Assembly: GCF_018350175.1 (NCBI RefSeq)
Contig: NC_058373.1
Span: forward strand, 114,950,001-115,014,000
Direction: 5' to 3'
Source: Felis catus
Taxonomy: Eukaryota
Length of the DNA stretch: 64,000 nt
This document shows, piece after piece, positions 9,783-23,859 of the stretch. Position numbers and translations under genes: made by a program. The notes below the pieces were generated by a model. It ran no database searches. It saw only the letters and a program-made list of their open reading frames with translations, and was not told where the DNA came from. The stretch's first letter is position 1; each line of letters starts with the position of its first letter.

Positions 9783-11930
9783 TTTTTTTTTAAGTTAATT
9801 TATTTATTTTGAGAGAGACAGACAGCATGAGCAGGGGAGGGGCAGAGAGAGAGGTAGAGAGAGAGAGAGAATCCCAACCTGGTTCCGTGATGCCAGTGCA
9901 GAGTCGGACTTGGGGGCTCAAACCCATGAACTGTGAGATCATGACCTGAGCCAAAATCAAGTCAGACACTTAACAAACTAAGCCACCCAGGAGCCCCTGA
10001 ACAACTTTACTTTTTAAGGAAATCTGGCTTTTCTTAGAGACTAGCATTTTTATAAATAAAAAGACCAGTCTAATTTATTTTACAGTTCACTTTCATCTAT
10101 ATGGAAACATACGCTTCTTATTCATGTTCTTAATCTAGCTGCTGCTTTTATTCAATACAGTATTTTCCCCTTAGAATTTCTCAGACAGGAATAAAAGTTC
10201 AAAAACCCATTAATTATGGCAAAATTCGTGTTTAGAAATGAGTTAAAATTAAGTAACCTGAAAATTGCTACAGCAGTGGTGCCTACCTGCTGTATCTGAC
10301 CATCCGGCTTTATGTGACAGTGATCTCATCACTGTCTTCGGCATTCCTTGCCCCCAGACCAACTTTCTTGATGCTTTTGTAACTTCTTTCTTGCTTCCTT
10401 TATGCCTAAGTGATTTCTAAAATGAAGGAAAGGAAAATCTGTGATTCCTTTTTTTTTTTTTAATGTTTACTTATTTTTGAGAGAGAGAAAGAGAGACAGA
10501 GCACGAGTGGGGGAGGGGCAGAGAGAGAGGGAGACACAGAATCTGAAGCAGGCTCCAGACTCTGAGCTGTCAGCACAGAGCCCGATGTGGGGCTCGAACC
10601 CACAAGTCATGTTCTCATGACCTGAGCGGAAGTTGGATGCTCAACTGACTGAGCCAGCCAGGCGCCCCAAAATCTCTGATTCTTGAAAATACTTATGAGC
10701 AACTGATGCTGAAGATGCTCTGTTCTTCAGCATATGGGAAGGAGAAAAACTAAAGTTGTAAAGAAGGCCAGAGCATGCCTTACACAAATGAAATCCCATC
10801 TGGTAAAGGAGTTGGAACCACTAGGTTAGTACTGTCTTACGATGTTAGATTCAGTTGGTAACGAGCAGTTTTCTTTGGCTCTAAAAGAAAACACTACGTA
10901 AGTAGGTGAAGAGCCTACAACTTAACGTTACCTGGAATTAACCCAGCTTAGCAAGTGCTCTGACTGATGAATGAAGTTAACAGCCATGACCGAAGTGAGA
11001 TGTTAGATGGGTTATCTGAGGATTGTTACTTACCTGAGCACGTCTCCCCTTTGCCACAGAGCTGGTAACAGAGAGCAAGCTGTTCACACCAGAGCTCTAG
11101 GGCAGTGCTCCTCCAGCTGTCTGGTAGATGACTAATTTTTGGTCTTGTTTAATTTCCATTCTATTGCAGACCAATATATTTATAAAAATTAAACACTAAA
11201 AAAATGAAATGGAAAAAAAAGGCATATGAACTACAAGCCCAAATGCAGTGTAATCATATTGAAGAGGCATACAATTACTTACATAATTGTAATGTTTCTG
11301 TCATATACAGTGTTCTGAAGGCTTTGTCTCAGTTTCACACTTCCCTTGTTGCAGACCGGTTTGGCTTATAATGCCATCTTCTTCCTGTGTTAAAATCGTA
11401 TAAACCCATAGGTATGCAGATGAAAGTAGTGCTGCTCTCACTTCAGTAAGGGATTCAAGATGACCAGTAATGCGCTCAAGCCCCGGGAACTGTCTGGGAC
11501 AGGTAGCATAGTTCAAAATCAGTGTTGCTTTTTGAACAAGCTCTTTTAACAGCCAGATCTTTCCTTTTAAATGACCTTATAGGATTGTTGTGAGGATGTA
11601 ATGAATTAATATAAGGGCGAGGCTGTATTCTAGGCCATAATAAGAACTTTAGAAAATGTTGAGGATTATACTCCTTACTGATTATGAAAACTTCTTTAAG
11701 GTTTTCATTTTTAGAACTTTGTTCTAAATTATAATTTTTTTCTAAAGTTTATTTATTTTGAGAGAGAAAGAGAGAGGAGGGGAGGGACAAGGAGAGAGAG
11801 AATCCCAGGCAGGCTCCACACTGTCAGCGCAGGGCCCAGCACAGGATTCGAACTCCTGAACTGTGAGATCATGACCTGAGCCGAAACCAAGAGTCGGATG
11901 CCTAACCAACTGAGCCACCCAGGAGCCCCT
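9783..11930 (-). mobile_element. Three separate antisense CAN SINEs (~9783-9997, ~10448-10668, ~11735-11930)
   Basis: Each has poly-T, a gagagag region and a ...gagccacccaggc/agccc end. Confidence 0.85.
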
Positions 11931-12669
11931 TAAGTTATAATTTTTAAGACTTTATTTTGAAACAGACTCCTAATAGAATTCCTCCATCCCATTCTCCAGT
12001 TACAGAAACTTCTCAGCATTTTTGTTTGGAATCTGAAAGGTCTTGTTTGGGGATTGGCATTCCTATTCACCATGAATGTTCCATTTGGAGAGACCAAGTC
12101 TTCTCTAGTCTGCCTGCCTTATAGTATTTTTCTTAGTATTTGCCTTTTTTTTTTCTTCATTAGTTCTCATTTTAAGCTTTGTTTTATTTTTCGTGTGTTT
12201 AAAAGTTTTATGTCTAATTATCATAACTCATTCATGATAAGTATCTTTGGGACTTTGAGTCACCAACAAAACAGACATTTGTGTCTAAGGAATAAATTTG
12301 TTCAGCATGCTTTTCTGACAATTGGTTCTTTTTGAAATAGATGTGACAAAGTGGTATTTTTAAGGGCTTTTGCATTGTCTGGTATATTAACGTTTTATTC
12401 TCTTCAGGTAATGCAATAAATGTGATGCCTGTTTGGAATTTCATTTCTAAATTCAAACAGTTTACACTTTGCTTTCTCTCTACCCATACCTGGAAAACAA
12501 TCAGTAACTTTATGTCTTAGAAGATTATTGTTTCATAAGTGTCTTTGCTTGATAAAAATGTTTGGATCAAATAAAAACTAGATAAAATCTGGTCCAATAT
12601 TTTCCTGAAAAGCTTTCTTTTCCCTAGGATATTATGTGGATAAGTGCTATTGAAACTTACCTGTTTAAT

Positions 12670-12890
12670 AATATTAATAATAGTTAATGCTTATTGAGCT
12701 CCTTCTGTGAAGTGCCAGGCACCGATATGCGGTATCTTATTTAATCTCCAAGAGGAGACAGATAGGTACTGGTATACCTCACTTTACAAATGTGCATACT
12801 CAAGGCTTGGAGAGTGTGGTAGACACTGGTAGAGGTGGGATTTGAAACTAAGTCAGTTTGACTGCCAGTCCAAAGCACTTGACCGTTAGA
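12670..12890. mobile_element. MIR fragment
   Basis: gtgccaggcac...atttaatctc...actttacaaatg...gggatttgaaact core. Confidence 0.65.
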
Positions 12891-13293
12891 TATTTCCTTT
12901 TCTGATGAGCACTGTAAAGAAGGAATGAAAGACCATGGGTCTAGATTGGCGCCTTAGCTCCTCAAATTAGGAACATCTTAACACCACTAACTTTATCTCC
13001 ATTAGGCGATATCCCCAAATTAGGAATATCTTTAACATCACGGACATTCTACCTTCCACAGTACATCTCCTGCCTTGTGCTTTGTCAGTGTAGCAGAATT
13101 GAAACTGCAGAGGTAAACCACCTTCAAATAGCATTGAAACCTTTAAGAAAGAGCAGAATATATCCTAAATGCCCTTTAAATTGACATCTGCCAACTTAGA
13201 ATCTGAAGCAGTTCCCATTTTGAACTGTCTAAAATTAATTTCATGCTTCGTAATCAAGTCAATTGTAAATTGTGATATTCAAGAATTTGCATC

Positions 13294-13510
13294 GGAGGTG
13301 CCTGGGTGGCTCAGTCGGTTAAGCATCCGACTTCAGCTCAGGTCACGATCTCGCGGTCCGTGAGTTCGAGCCCCGCGTCGGGCTCTGGGCTGATGGCTCA
13401 GAGCCTGGAGCCTGCTTCCGATTCTGTGTCTCCCTCTCTCTCTGCCCCTCCCCCATTCATGCTCTGTCTCTCTGTCTCAAAAAGAAATAAACGTTAAAAA
13501 AAAAAAAAAA
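13294..13510 (+). mobile_element. CAN SINE (young)
   Basis: TSD aagaatt(t/c)gcat; CpG-rich. Confidence 0.9.
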
Positions 13511-14084
13511 AGAATTCGCATTGTTTTTGAGGGAAGAAGACCTAAAATGAATTCAGAATGCCTCTGTATGTGATAGTCTTAACCTTTCCTGTAATTGAAG
13601 AATTTAGATGTGCAACTTTGTTGAATGATAACAAGGTTTAAGATCCTCTGTAGTTCAGTTTGAAATCCCAGGTAATAAGTAGTAATGCTAAGTGTAGTAC
13701 AGGTATTTCTTAAAACCTGATGGAATTGTGGAAGTCTCAGTCTGCCTCAAATACTAATATTGAATGTCTAATTTTATTGAAATAAAATAGAACTAGGTAG
13801 CAGTTGGTCTGGAAATTCTTCTGCCCCAGTTATATGGATTTTTAAATGATGAGGCCTTGGGGTTAACTACTGGATAATTACATCTAAGTATCTGTTGCAA
13901 GCCCTGTATGTCACTGGGGGTCAGTTTTCTAGTAACCAAAAAATATACCCTAGTTTCTACACCTTACATATTCCTTTCATTAATTCTTCATGCACTTGAC
14001 AAAGGCAAATTGGGGAATCAAGATGGATGCTAAAAGCAAAAAAAAATTAAAAAAAAATAAAGAAAGAATGAAATAGGTTTTGTG

Positions 14085-14330
14085 GTGAAGCAGTTGAGCA
14101 TAATGTTTAAGAGTACAGATTCTGGAGCTAAATTACTAGATTCAGATAGTGGCTCTGCCATTTGCTGGCTGTTGTGAGCCTGGGCAAATTACTTGGACAT
14201 TTTATGACTCTTTTGTAAGATGAGTATCTATCTCATAGGGTTGTTGTGAGGACTAAATGAATTAGTATATGTAAAGCAATTATAGTAGAACATGCTTAAC
14301 ATAGTACTTAAAGAATGTTGGCTATTATAA
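14085..14330. mobile_element. MIR fragment
   Basis: ggctctgccattt...gggcaaattactt...tctcatagggttgttgtgaggactaaatga. Confidence 0.7.
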
Positions 14331-15028
14331 TAGAGATGAAGGAGAATATTGGTAGCACCTCTGTTGTATAGAAATTGTCCATCCGGAAACCTCATTAGTC
14401 TAAAGGATCAGAAAAGTCTCTGATTAGCTAAATAGGCAGACTGACTGTCCCTGGCTGTCACTTCTGTGTATCATTTTTTGTAATTCTAGTGGGTTAGTAT
14501 GCCAGTTATCAATTTACTGCCTCTCAGCTCCAAATTCACTCTCCGTTGACCACTCTGCAGAAATGGATCTGGGCCCTTTAAATATCTTTCCTTTGCCAGC
14601 TGGCACAACATCGCACTTTGTCAATAGGGGATACTGGAGAGAAATTTAAGAGGAATGGCTTTTCCTTCTTGGTCCATGCTTGCCCGCAGGCTCCTAGGCA
14701 ACTATTCTGGCAACAATTCTTATAGGCCAGGCTGCCCAACTTCCCCCGCAGGCTCCTCGCAGCGCGTACGTTTGACTTCTCAGGCCTCTGGAAGGCTTCT
14801 CCTGGGCCCAGCTCCTGCAGGCAGGTTTTCAGGCCCCAGCCTCCCGCTGAGCACATACTTCTCCGGCACCCAGCACCCAGCAGTTCTCACTGGCAGCACT
14901 TCCCCTTGGCAGTTTTGCAGGAGAGCCTCTCCAGTAAGACACTTTCCCATAAACAGCTTTCCCCAACAGCCAAGAGTGCAGATTTCCAGCAAGTTCCACC
15001 AGTGTGGCACCACAGAAACTTCTCTGCC

Positions 15029-16280
15029 TGTAATATTGTGACTTATAATCAGTATATATTTGGTCTTCCTGTTTCTGGCACAGAGCTCCTAAAACCCTTG
15101 GAATTTCCCAAGTGATGAGAGCCATAAAGGTATCTTCTGGCTGTGAATGAGATGATTTTTAGAACGCCCATAGTTAACGTAGGGTTGGAGGCTGGTTGCC
15201 AGGGGAACCAACCAACTGAGGGATTGGAAGGTTGGAACCTCCATTCCCAGCTGGGAAGAGAGAGGGGCTGGAGGTGAGATCAACTGCCAGTGGCCAATGA
15301 TTTGATCAATCTTGCCTAGGTAATGAAGCCTCCATAAAACCCCAAAAAGACAGGGTTCAGAGAGCTTCTAGGTCGATTGACACATGGAGGTGCTGGAAGA
15401 GTTTTACGCCTGGGGAGGGCATGGAAGCTCATCGCCCTTTCCCCATACCTTGCCCTGTGTATCTCTTCCATCTGGCTATGTCTGAGTTCTGTCTTTTTAC
15501 AAGTAACTGGTTAAGTAAAATGTTTGAGTTCTGTGAGCTGCTGTCTCAGGTTAACCAAATCCAAGGAGAGGGGGATCATTGGGACCTCCAGTTTATCGCC
15601 AGTCAGACACAGCTGACAAACCTGGACTTGCACCAGTGTCTGAATGTAGCCAGGGCGCAGGGGTGCAAGAGCACCCCGTTTGGCCACTGGCCACTGACAA
15701 AACCCAAAGGCAGAGAGATGAGAGGTGGTAAAACAAGAAAGGAATTTATTTCAGTGAGGCCAGTACTGGGAAGACAGTGTACTGGCATCTCAAAACTGTC
15801 TCCAAAGGGCCAAAAATACTTTCAGGTTTCTATAGGAAAACTTTGGGCAAGGCCCGATGGGTAGATGCAGGATAATCAGGTCAGTCATTGCCTTGGGGTC
15901 AGTTATACAGGGTCTTGCTGGCTCTAGGCAGCCCTTTATCGCTCTCAAGGGGGTAGTTTCAAAGGGGGTGGTTTCAGTTCCCTTCAGGGGATGTTTGGCC
16001 CTCAGGGTCTTTTGTCTGAGTTAAGAGATAACCTGGAAAGAAGAACTTGATCAGTTAGAAAGTTAGAATGGAGGTAATTGAAGTCCTCTTTCGTGAAGGT
16101 GAGGGGCAGTCTTGTAGGACTGAACCCTTAACCTGTGGGAGCTGATGTCTCCAGCAGATAATGTTAGAACTGAGTTGGATTGTGGGACACCCAGCTGTGC
16201 CCCAGCATTGCTTGATGTGGGGAACCCCTCACCCCCCAACACACGCACACACACACACACCCCAAAATTGGTCCCAGAAT
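15029..16280 (+). mobile_element. MER21-like LTR nested in the outer LTR
   Basis: tgtaatattgtgacttataatcagtatatatttggtcttc...ggcacagagctcctaaaacccttggaatttcc; resumes at 16098 with ggtgaggggcagtcttgtaggactgaacccttaacctgtggga. Confidence 0.7.
15645..16093 (-). mobile_element. ~450-bp solo LTR (ERV1-like) nested in the MER21-like LTR
   Basis: TG...C(G) termini, 4-bp TSD tgaa (15641-15644, 16094-16097), minus-strand AATAAA at ~15745-15750. Confidence 0.65.
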
Positions 16281-17587
16281 CTTTAACCTCTCTTCACTGA
16301 GCCCTAGCCATGCCCCTTCCAGCAGGGTTTGGATTTCAGTCCACATGGGACCTCTTTGACCACCCTTACCTCAGTCTTACAGTAGACACTCCTTTTATCT
16401 TCTATTCTTACATTCTTTAGAAGCCTTGTTTATTAGCTCATTTCTCATTATTCCATCCCCTGTTTTAAGCTTTCTCTGTTCAAATTATGATTTTTCTTTC
16501 TTGATTGGACCCTGACTAATACAACTGGGTAATGGGTCATAAAAATCGAATAACTACTAAGACTAAACAGTGAATCAGGCCTGGAGGAAGATAAGGCAGT
16601 TCTAGTGCCATGATGTGAGGTAGCTGACCTTCAGTGTCAGTGCCTGGAAGTCATTAGGGAGTAGTGGAAACTGTGGTCATCTGAAGAACTTGGGCCATTT
16701 GACGACCTCTGCCTTGGTGTCACCAAATCTTCCTCCTCTTGAGAAGCTGGAAGTCAGGATTTTTCATGAAATTTTCTGAATTTTACATTTTGGCTACCGA
16801 ACCAAATATTGTTACATCACTGTGTGGGCCAAACAGCCCATGTTTGTGAGTTGCCAGTCTAGAATTTCTGGGCTGGACTGATTTCTAAGCTCTTGGAAAA
16901 CTAGAAGTAGCAAACTAGGAGGTGTGGGGGAAGCAAGGAGAGGAGACACATTGTAACACAATAGCCAGAGGGGGAGACTGGAAAACACTTGGAACTACAA
17001 AACCTCAAAGTGCAGTCCTTTGGAACCATTTAATAAAGGAGAAAACATCTCCCTGTTTACATTAAGGGCATTGTGCTTTCTAATCTGACCACAGTGCAAT
17101 AATAGTAATAATAGCTACAGTGTAAGTTTATGTGTTAAGTTCTGTGTTGATTTTAATGGTAACCTTGAAAGGGAAGAATTTTTGTCCTCTTTATAGATGA
17201 GGAAACTAAGCTCATACTGATTTTACAAAGTTCAAAGGGGCTATTTATATAGCCTCTAAATAAATGAACAAAAATTCTTTCCTTGAAAAGAATGGCTATA
17301 TAATATAGGCTCTCTGTGAAAATTTAGAAAATATGATAATCTGTAAAAGGAAAATAAAATCATCTATTATCACGTTGTCCAATGAGAATCACTAGTAACA
17401 TTTTTTTCTTTCCATTCTTTTTTTTCTACTTGTCTACATTTTTAACGTGGTTAATTATGTGGTTTATGTATAATTTTGCATTCTCCCTTCTTTTAGCTGG
17501 TAGTATAACATAAGCACTCTATTACTAAAATTGTGTTCTAGGCATTTTTTAATGTTTTCGTTACGTTCAGTTATTTTATGCATAGAA

Positions 17588-17811
17588 TTTTTTTTTAATT
17601 TTTTTCAACGTTTATTCATTTTTGAGAGGCAGAGAGAGACAGAGCACAGGTGGTGGAGGGGCAGAGAGAGAGGGAGACACAGAATCTGAAACAGGCTTCA
17701 GGCTCTGAGCTGTCAGCACAGAGCCCGATGCGGAGCTCAAATCCACGAACCATGAAATCATGAGCCGAGCCGAAGTTGGACGCTTAACCGACTAAGCCAC
17801 CCAGGCGCCCC
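17588..17811 (-). mobile_element. CAN SINE
   Basis: TSD tgcatagaa. Confidence 0.88.
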
Positions 17812-20529
17812 TGCATAGAAATTCTTATATATTTAATTTGTTCTCAACATTTTGCTATGGTAATAGTGTTGAATAAACATTTTTGTGTCTAATGCTATGA
17901 ACATAGTTCAGATTATTTCCTCAGGAGTAGAATGACAGGATCAAAGGGCATAAATGTTCTTAAGGTTCTCAATCTGTATTACCAGGTTTTTTAATGCATT
18001 TTTTTTCCAACACATGCAAATGACACTGTATTCTCACAAACATTGAATACTTTTATTGTTAAGTTTTAAAACTTTGCTAATTTAATAGAGAAAAATGTAT
18101 CTTTATTTACATTTTCTCAGGTCAACTGAACTTCTTATCTATTAATAATACATATATCGCCAGGTTCTGATGTTTTCCCAGGTTCTTTCCCAACAGGTTT
18201 TGGTTTGTGTTTGTTTTTGTAGTCACACTGAACAGTCTTACGGGATTTCCATTTATGTTTAGTTATTTTATGTTTGAAAAGACTGCTCAAAAAGAAAAAC
18301 AAATTAGTCCTGTCTTCCAAGGTTGGAGGAAGCGGCATTAATAAAGTATTGCTTGTTCTTACCTCTATGTCAAATGAATTAGGAAAGCGGAAGCCTGTAT
18401 GCCACTGGGAAAATGGCAAATTTGGAGCCTCGTTCGCTTGAATTTTTATCCAAGTATCCGGGTTTTGAGTTCTTATTCTTGCGAAGGAGGGGCCTAGGAG
18501 CCCTTTATGCGTGCTGCTAATGATGTTGGAGATAAGTGCCCACGGTCCTCTGTGCTGAGTGAGCTGATGTCATGCACCTACGTGGTGATACTGGCAGTGC
18601 CACGTGCCCTTCTAACAGAGGAGGACACTGAACTTGCTCAGGGTCACGCTGCGGCAACTTAGAAGCAGGAAACCTTTGGGCATCTAGTCTCGGCTGTAAG
18701 GACTTGAAGGACAAAGTTCATATTTAAGTTTTCTTCGTCATCTGTTACTGACAATTAAAAGCAGGTAATATAGCAGTTAAAGTGAATATCGTAAAGTTAA
18801 AGGAAGTCCCTCCTTGAAGTAGGTTTGTGTGTAAGAATATAAAGATGGCCTTTATTGCTTGAACAGTAGTACTCTGCACTTGGGATATTTCATTGCTGCA
18901 GTGCCTAGAGCTTTGAAGAGAGTAGTCTTATAAGTGACGCATCTTGAATTTTTTCGGAGACTATAGCTGATGCTGTCAGTACTAAAATGAGCATGGTACA
19001 AGGGACATTGAAATAAACTTTTAAATGCTAAAAGCTTTAAATTAGTGGCTTATATTTCATCAAACCAAATAATTTGACTGTTTGTATGAGCAGTGAAGAA
19101 AAACCATTTAACTATGTGGGTGTCTGCCGAGAAAATTAAACTGACTTCAAAGCTTTACACTGATAGTTAATGGCATTGAATACAAGCTGTTTTAATTAAT
19201 ACATCTGGTCAGTCCTTTGGCTCAGTCAGGCTGCAGCTGTGAGACTGTAAAATGAAATAACATAAAGCCAATGGCATTGCATGGTTCCTGCCTCTCCTGA
19301 GCAAATACGTCATTTCTCTGACAGAAATTATTACTTTGGGCACTCTCTTTTCATCTTGAACCACACTTGGAATTTGTAGTTCTTCATTTAAGTACATCCT
19401 AACAGTGATTTACCAAAGGCAAAGGAGAGAACCTGTCGGCATTTTAACTTTGACATATATACAATTTTGAGATTGAATCTCAAGTTGTGAAGCTCTGTGA
19501 AAAAATAACAGCTATACAGATAACATGGAGCCACGTCTCTAGTGCTTGAAATAAGTCAGATTGCATCTAAAATAGTTTAGGTAGTTAAGAAATTAGTAAA
19601 AAATAAAACGGGAAACTATAACCGGTGGCAGTGATTGACTACTGGTTCTTTTTTTCATCAGAAGTGTTACCTCTGTAGTATTAGTCACCCTGAGAAGGTT
19701 AGCAGACATTTATCAAGCTCATAAAAGTTATGGAGGGTAAATAATCTCTGTATTGCCTGGTTGAAGATTGAAATGGTGACTAAACAAGGTTTTGAGCTCC
19801 TTGGGAAAAAAAAGTAAGTGTCATTTCAGGTAGTTGTATTAATGAGACAAATGACAACATTACCTCACATTCGCTTTAATGGAATCCCGTTATGGTTCTT
19901 TATTATGTGTACTTGAATACCCTTTGAGCCGAAGCATAAATTCTAAAGCAGCTAACCACTGAAAATTCTTGACATGGTTACACTTGTAAGGAATATATTA
20001 GGCCTATTTCCCAGGCCTGATGAAGCTTCACTGCATTTGTGTATCTGTTGACATTAGAGCCAGTGACATGGGGGGTACCAGTCCCTAGTGCTTTGCATGG
20101 TGCCGGGCATTTAATTCATTCTTCCAATAAATTTTTAGGGAGAATCTGGTATATGCCAGATTCTGTCCTATAAACTGCTGAACGTTGAGCAGTAAATTAA
20201 AAACAAAAATCCCTTCTCTCATAGAACTTAGAATTTGGGGGGGAAGGACAAACATAGTACTCAGTGGATGTTTAACTTCATTTGGTAAATGTGCTTTACT
20301 TAATTTCAAAAGGAACCAAAACATAATGCAGTTATTTTAGCTTGCTTAGTCTTTCCTCCAAGGAAGTACTATAAAACTAGTTGATTTACTCATGTTTACC
20401 TTGATCTCTTCTTACCATTTCTCAAATTCTTTGTTTCTAAAGTTGCTTATGTATTATAATACAGACCTCATGTTTACACTGCAAATCAGGGTTTTCCAGG
20501 CTTTTGGGTTTCACGGTCCAGTAATATAT

Positions 20530-22020
20530 ATTTTTTTAAGTTTTTATTTATTTATTTTGAGGGAAAGAGAGAAAGGGAGAATCCCAATCAGGCTCCGCCA
20601 TTTTGGCACAGAGCCTGATGCAGGGCTTGATCTCATGAAACTGTGAGATCATGACCTGAGCCAAAATCGAGAGTTGGACACTTAACTAATTGAGCCCCAG
20701 GCTGGTAATACTTTTGAATTTAGGGAAGATTGACACAAGATTGCTTGTTTTTAATTTTGCCAAGTGGAGACACTGAAAAACAAAAACTATTGTCACCAGA
20801 TGATTTTTTTAAAAGAAAGGACATTTTAAGACCAAAAAGTAGGTAGGGCATAATCTCAGAAGAAAGAATCGTCGTCTACATTGAAGAAATAAAACCTTAG
20901 GAAAAGCTTGCTACGTTGTCCTCCTCTTACTTTGCCCTGGACCTTTAGAAACTGTCAATAGAGAACAAATATAACTATAATTTTGGTTTTCCTCTTGATG
21001 TTGCTGAGGGATTCTTCCGGCTCATACTGTTTAAAGAGATTGTACAATTGCATGTTATCTTTTTTCAGATAATGGGTTGTATGGGTTTTTTTTTTTACAT
21101 ATTTATTTTGAAGGAGAGAGAGAATGCACACACACGCACACACATGGGAGGGGCAGAGAGAGAGAGGGAGAGAAAGAATCCCAGGGAGCCTCCGTGCTGT
21201 CAGCGCAGAGCTCAACTCGGGGCTCAATCTCATGAACCGTGAGATCATGACCTGAGCCCAAATCAAGAGTCTGATGCTCAACCGACTGAGCCACACAGGC
21301 GCTCCCAGACTGTATCTGTTGTGCCATGTGGTGGACATTGTCTTTGAATGTACAGGGCAACAGTGTGCATTGTCAAATCTAATCATGCTCCTGCCACTAA
21401 CTAGCCCTAGCCGTGTGATCTTGAGCAAATTATTTCTCACCTTTGGCCTTTGGTTCTTCATCTGTGTATCAAGAGAGGATCATTTTTTACATTTTCTTTG
21501 AGTTCTTAAACTTGGATTCTATGTCAATAACTTTGGTAGCTAGTATCCCTCTTTTTAAAGTATGCACCTAAAGATTAATAAAATAAAAATAAACAATTTT
21601 TGTTGTGTCTTTGTAAAAATTTGGACCAAGTTCCTTTTCATATTCTTTCCGCTGAGAGCATTTAATTGTTCATACGTGATTAAAAAAGAGATGTAATTTC
21701 ATGACTATGTGCTTTAAAGACTTACCATGATTTCTTGTAATGACATTTTGCTGCACGTGGAAATGCAAGTGTTTTCAAGCTTACTAGGGCCTTTGGGACA
21801 TTCTTACAAAATCTTTTGCAATATATTTAGAAATATGGTCCATAGAGGGGCGCCTGGATGGCTCAATTGGTTAAGTGACTCTTGATATTGGCTCAGGTCA
21901 TGATCTCATGGAGTGTGGAGTCTGCTTGAGATTCTCTATCTCTCTCTCTTTCCCTCCCTCCCTCCCCCCCTTTCCCATTTCTTCTCTCTCTCAAAATAAA
22001 TAAACAAACAAACAAACAAA
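20530..22020. mobile_element. Three CAN SINEs (~20530-20700 -, ~21085-21306 -, ~21847-22020 +)
   Basis: SINE bodies; the last has TSD agaaatat(g/t)gtccataga. Confidence 0.8.
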
Positions 22021-22110
22021 AAAAGAAATATTGTCCATAGAAATAAGTGAATGGAATTATGGGTAATTTTGCCTTGGAGAGAAGAATAAAAATATTAGAT
22101 TATTTTATTT

Positions 22111-22497
22111 ATTTTTTACTTTTATTTTTTATTTTTTAAAATTTACATCCAAATTAGGGTTAGCATATAGTGCAACAGTGTTTTCAGGAGTAGATTCCTT
22201 AGTGCCCCTTACCCATTTAGCTCATCCCCCCTCCCACAACCCCTCCAGTAACCCTCAGTTTGTTCTCCATATTTATGAGTCTCTTCTGTGTTGTCCCCCT
22301 CCATCTATGTTTTTATATTATTTTTGTTTCCCTTCCCTTATGTTCATCTGTTTTGTCTCTTAAAGTCCTCATATGAGTGAAGTCATATGATTTTTATCTT
22401 TCTCTGACAAATTTCACTTAGCATAATACCCTCCAGTTCCATCCACGTGGTTGCAAATGGCAAGATTTCATTCTTTTTGATTACTGAGTAATACTCC

Positions 22498-22548
<51 letters not shown>

Positions 22549-22791
22549 ATACCACATCTTCTTTATCCATTCATCCATCATTGGACATTTGGGTTCTTTC
22601 CATACTTTGGCCATTGTTGATAGTGCTGCTATAAACCTGGGGGTGCATGTGTCCCAATGAAACAGCACACCTGTATCCCATGGATAAATGCCTAGTAGTG
22701 CAATTGCTGGGTCGTAGGGTAGTTCTATTTTTAGTTTTTTGAGGAACCTCCATACTGTTTTCCAGAATGGCTGTACCAGCTTGCATTCCCA
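22111..22791 (-). mobile_element. 5'-truncated carnivore L1 3' end containing a (GT)n microsatellite
   Basis: ORF2 C-terminal-like peptides on the minus strand (TCTPRFIAALSTMAKVWKEPKCP..DEWIKKMW); TSD agattattttattt. Confidence 0.88.
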
Positions 22792-22805
22792 AGATTATTT
22801 TATTT

Positions 22806-23010
22806 TTTTAAAGTTTGTTTATTTTGAGAGACAGAGAAAACACAGGTTGGGGAGGGGCAGAGAGAGTAGGGAAGAGAGAGAATCTTAGGCAGGCTCTGAA
22901 CTGCCAGCAAACAGCCAGACATGGGCTCAAACTCACGAAAATGTGAGATCATGACCAGACCTAAAATCAAGAGTCAGAGGCTTAACCAACTGAGCCACCC
23001 AGGCGGCCCG
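22806..23010 (-). mobile_element. CAN SINE
   Basis: Antisense body; TSD attagattatttta. Confidence 0.85.
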
Positions 23011-23419
23011 CATTAGATTATTTTAAATAGGTTAAAATTTAAAAGGCAACATTTTAGGAGAATTCTTTGTTTACTTTATTGATTTGAAGGTCTTTTCTTC
23101 ATGCCCATAGATATCTAAGTTCTTCTGGATGGCATGTATCCCTCAGTTATCTTAAATTTCACCTGCGTCTTAATTTTGTAGTATGTGAGCCTCAAGAACT
23201 CACCTCTGCTCCTGCTTTTTATAACTTGTCTCAATGTAGTACTTCATATGAGCCAATGTAGAATATTTTAAAGCATTTGGTAAATGCCTAGTAAATTTGT
23301 GGATTGGTCCAGAATTGTGAATACCACTGGGTTTTCCATGCAGTCATTGACATAAAATTGTGATGAATGATTTTTAAGGAATGTTTGAATGACAGATGAA
23401 TTGTTTAAGAAAAAATTTT

Positions 23420-23576
23420 GGGGAGGTGCTTGGGTGGCTCAGTCAGTTGAGTGTCCAACTCTTGGTTTTGGCCTAGGTCATGATCTCACAGTTTTGTGAG
23501 TCCCAGCCCCATGTCTGGCTCTGCACTGGCAGTGAGGAGCCTGCTTGGGATTCATTCTGTCCCTCTCCCCCTCCCT

Positions 23577-23617
<41 letters not shown>

Positions 23618-23690
23618 CCTCCGCTGCTTGTGCTGTCTCTGTCTCAAAATAAATAAATAAATATTAAAAAAAAGAAAAAGAAAAAAATTT
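23420..23690 (+). mobile_element. CAN SINE with expanded (CT)n
   Basis: SINE body; TSD aagaaaaaa(a)ttt(t)gg. Confidence 0.85.
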
Positions 23691-23859
23691 GGAAATGCCT
23701 TTTAGTATCCCACATAGACTCTGAGTTTGGTTTCAGAGAGTTGCCATGAACAAGCTTTGTTAAAATTGAATGGTTCTAAAATGAATCCTTTCAAGAATCC
23801 TGGCTGAGTAAATTACTACCTAGGTAATTTTTATAGATCTGTAATTTTGTAGAGTAAAA

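Larger units (their letters stand above)
14498..16523 (+). mobile_element. Outer ERVL-type solo LTR (LTR41-like), split by nested LTRs
   Basis: Begins tatgccagttatcaatttactgcctctcagctccaaattcac and ends gaccctgactaataca. Family name from memory. Confidence 0.6.
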
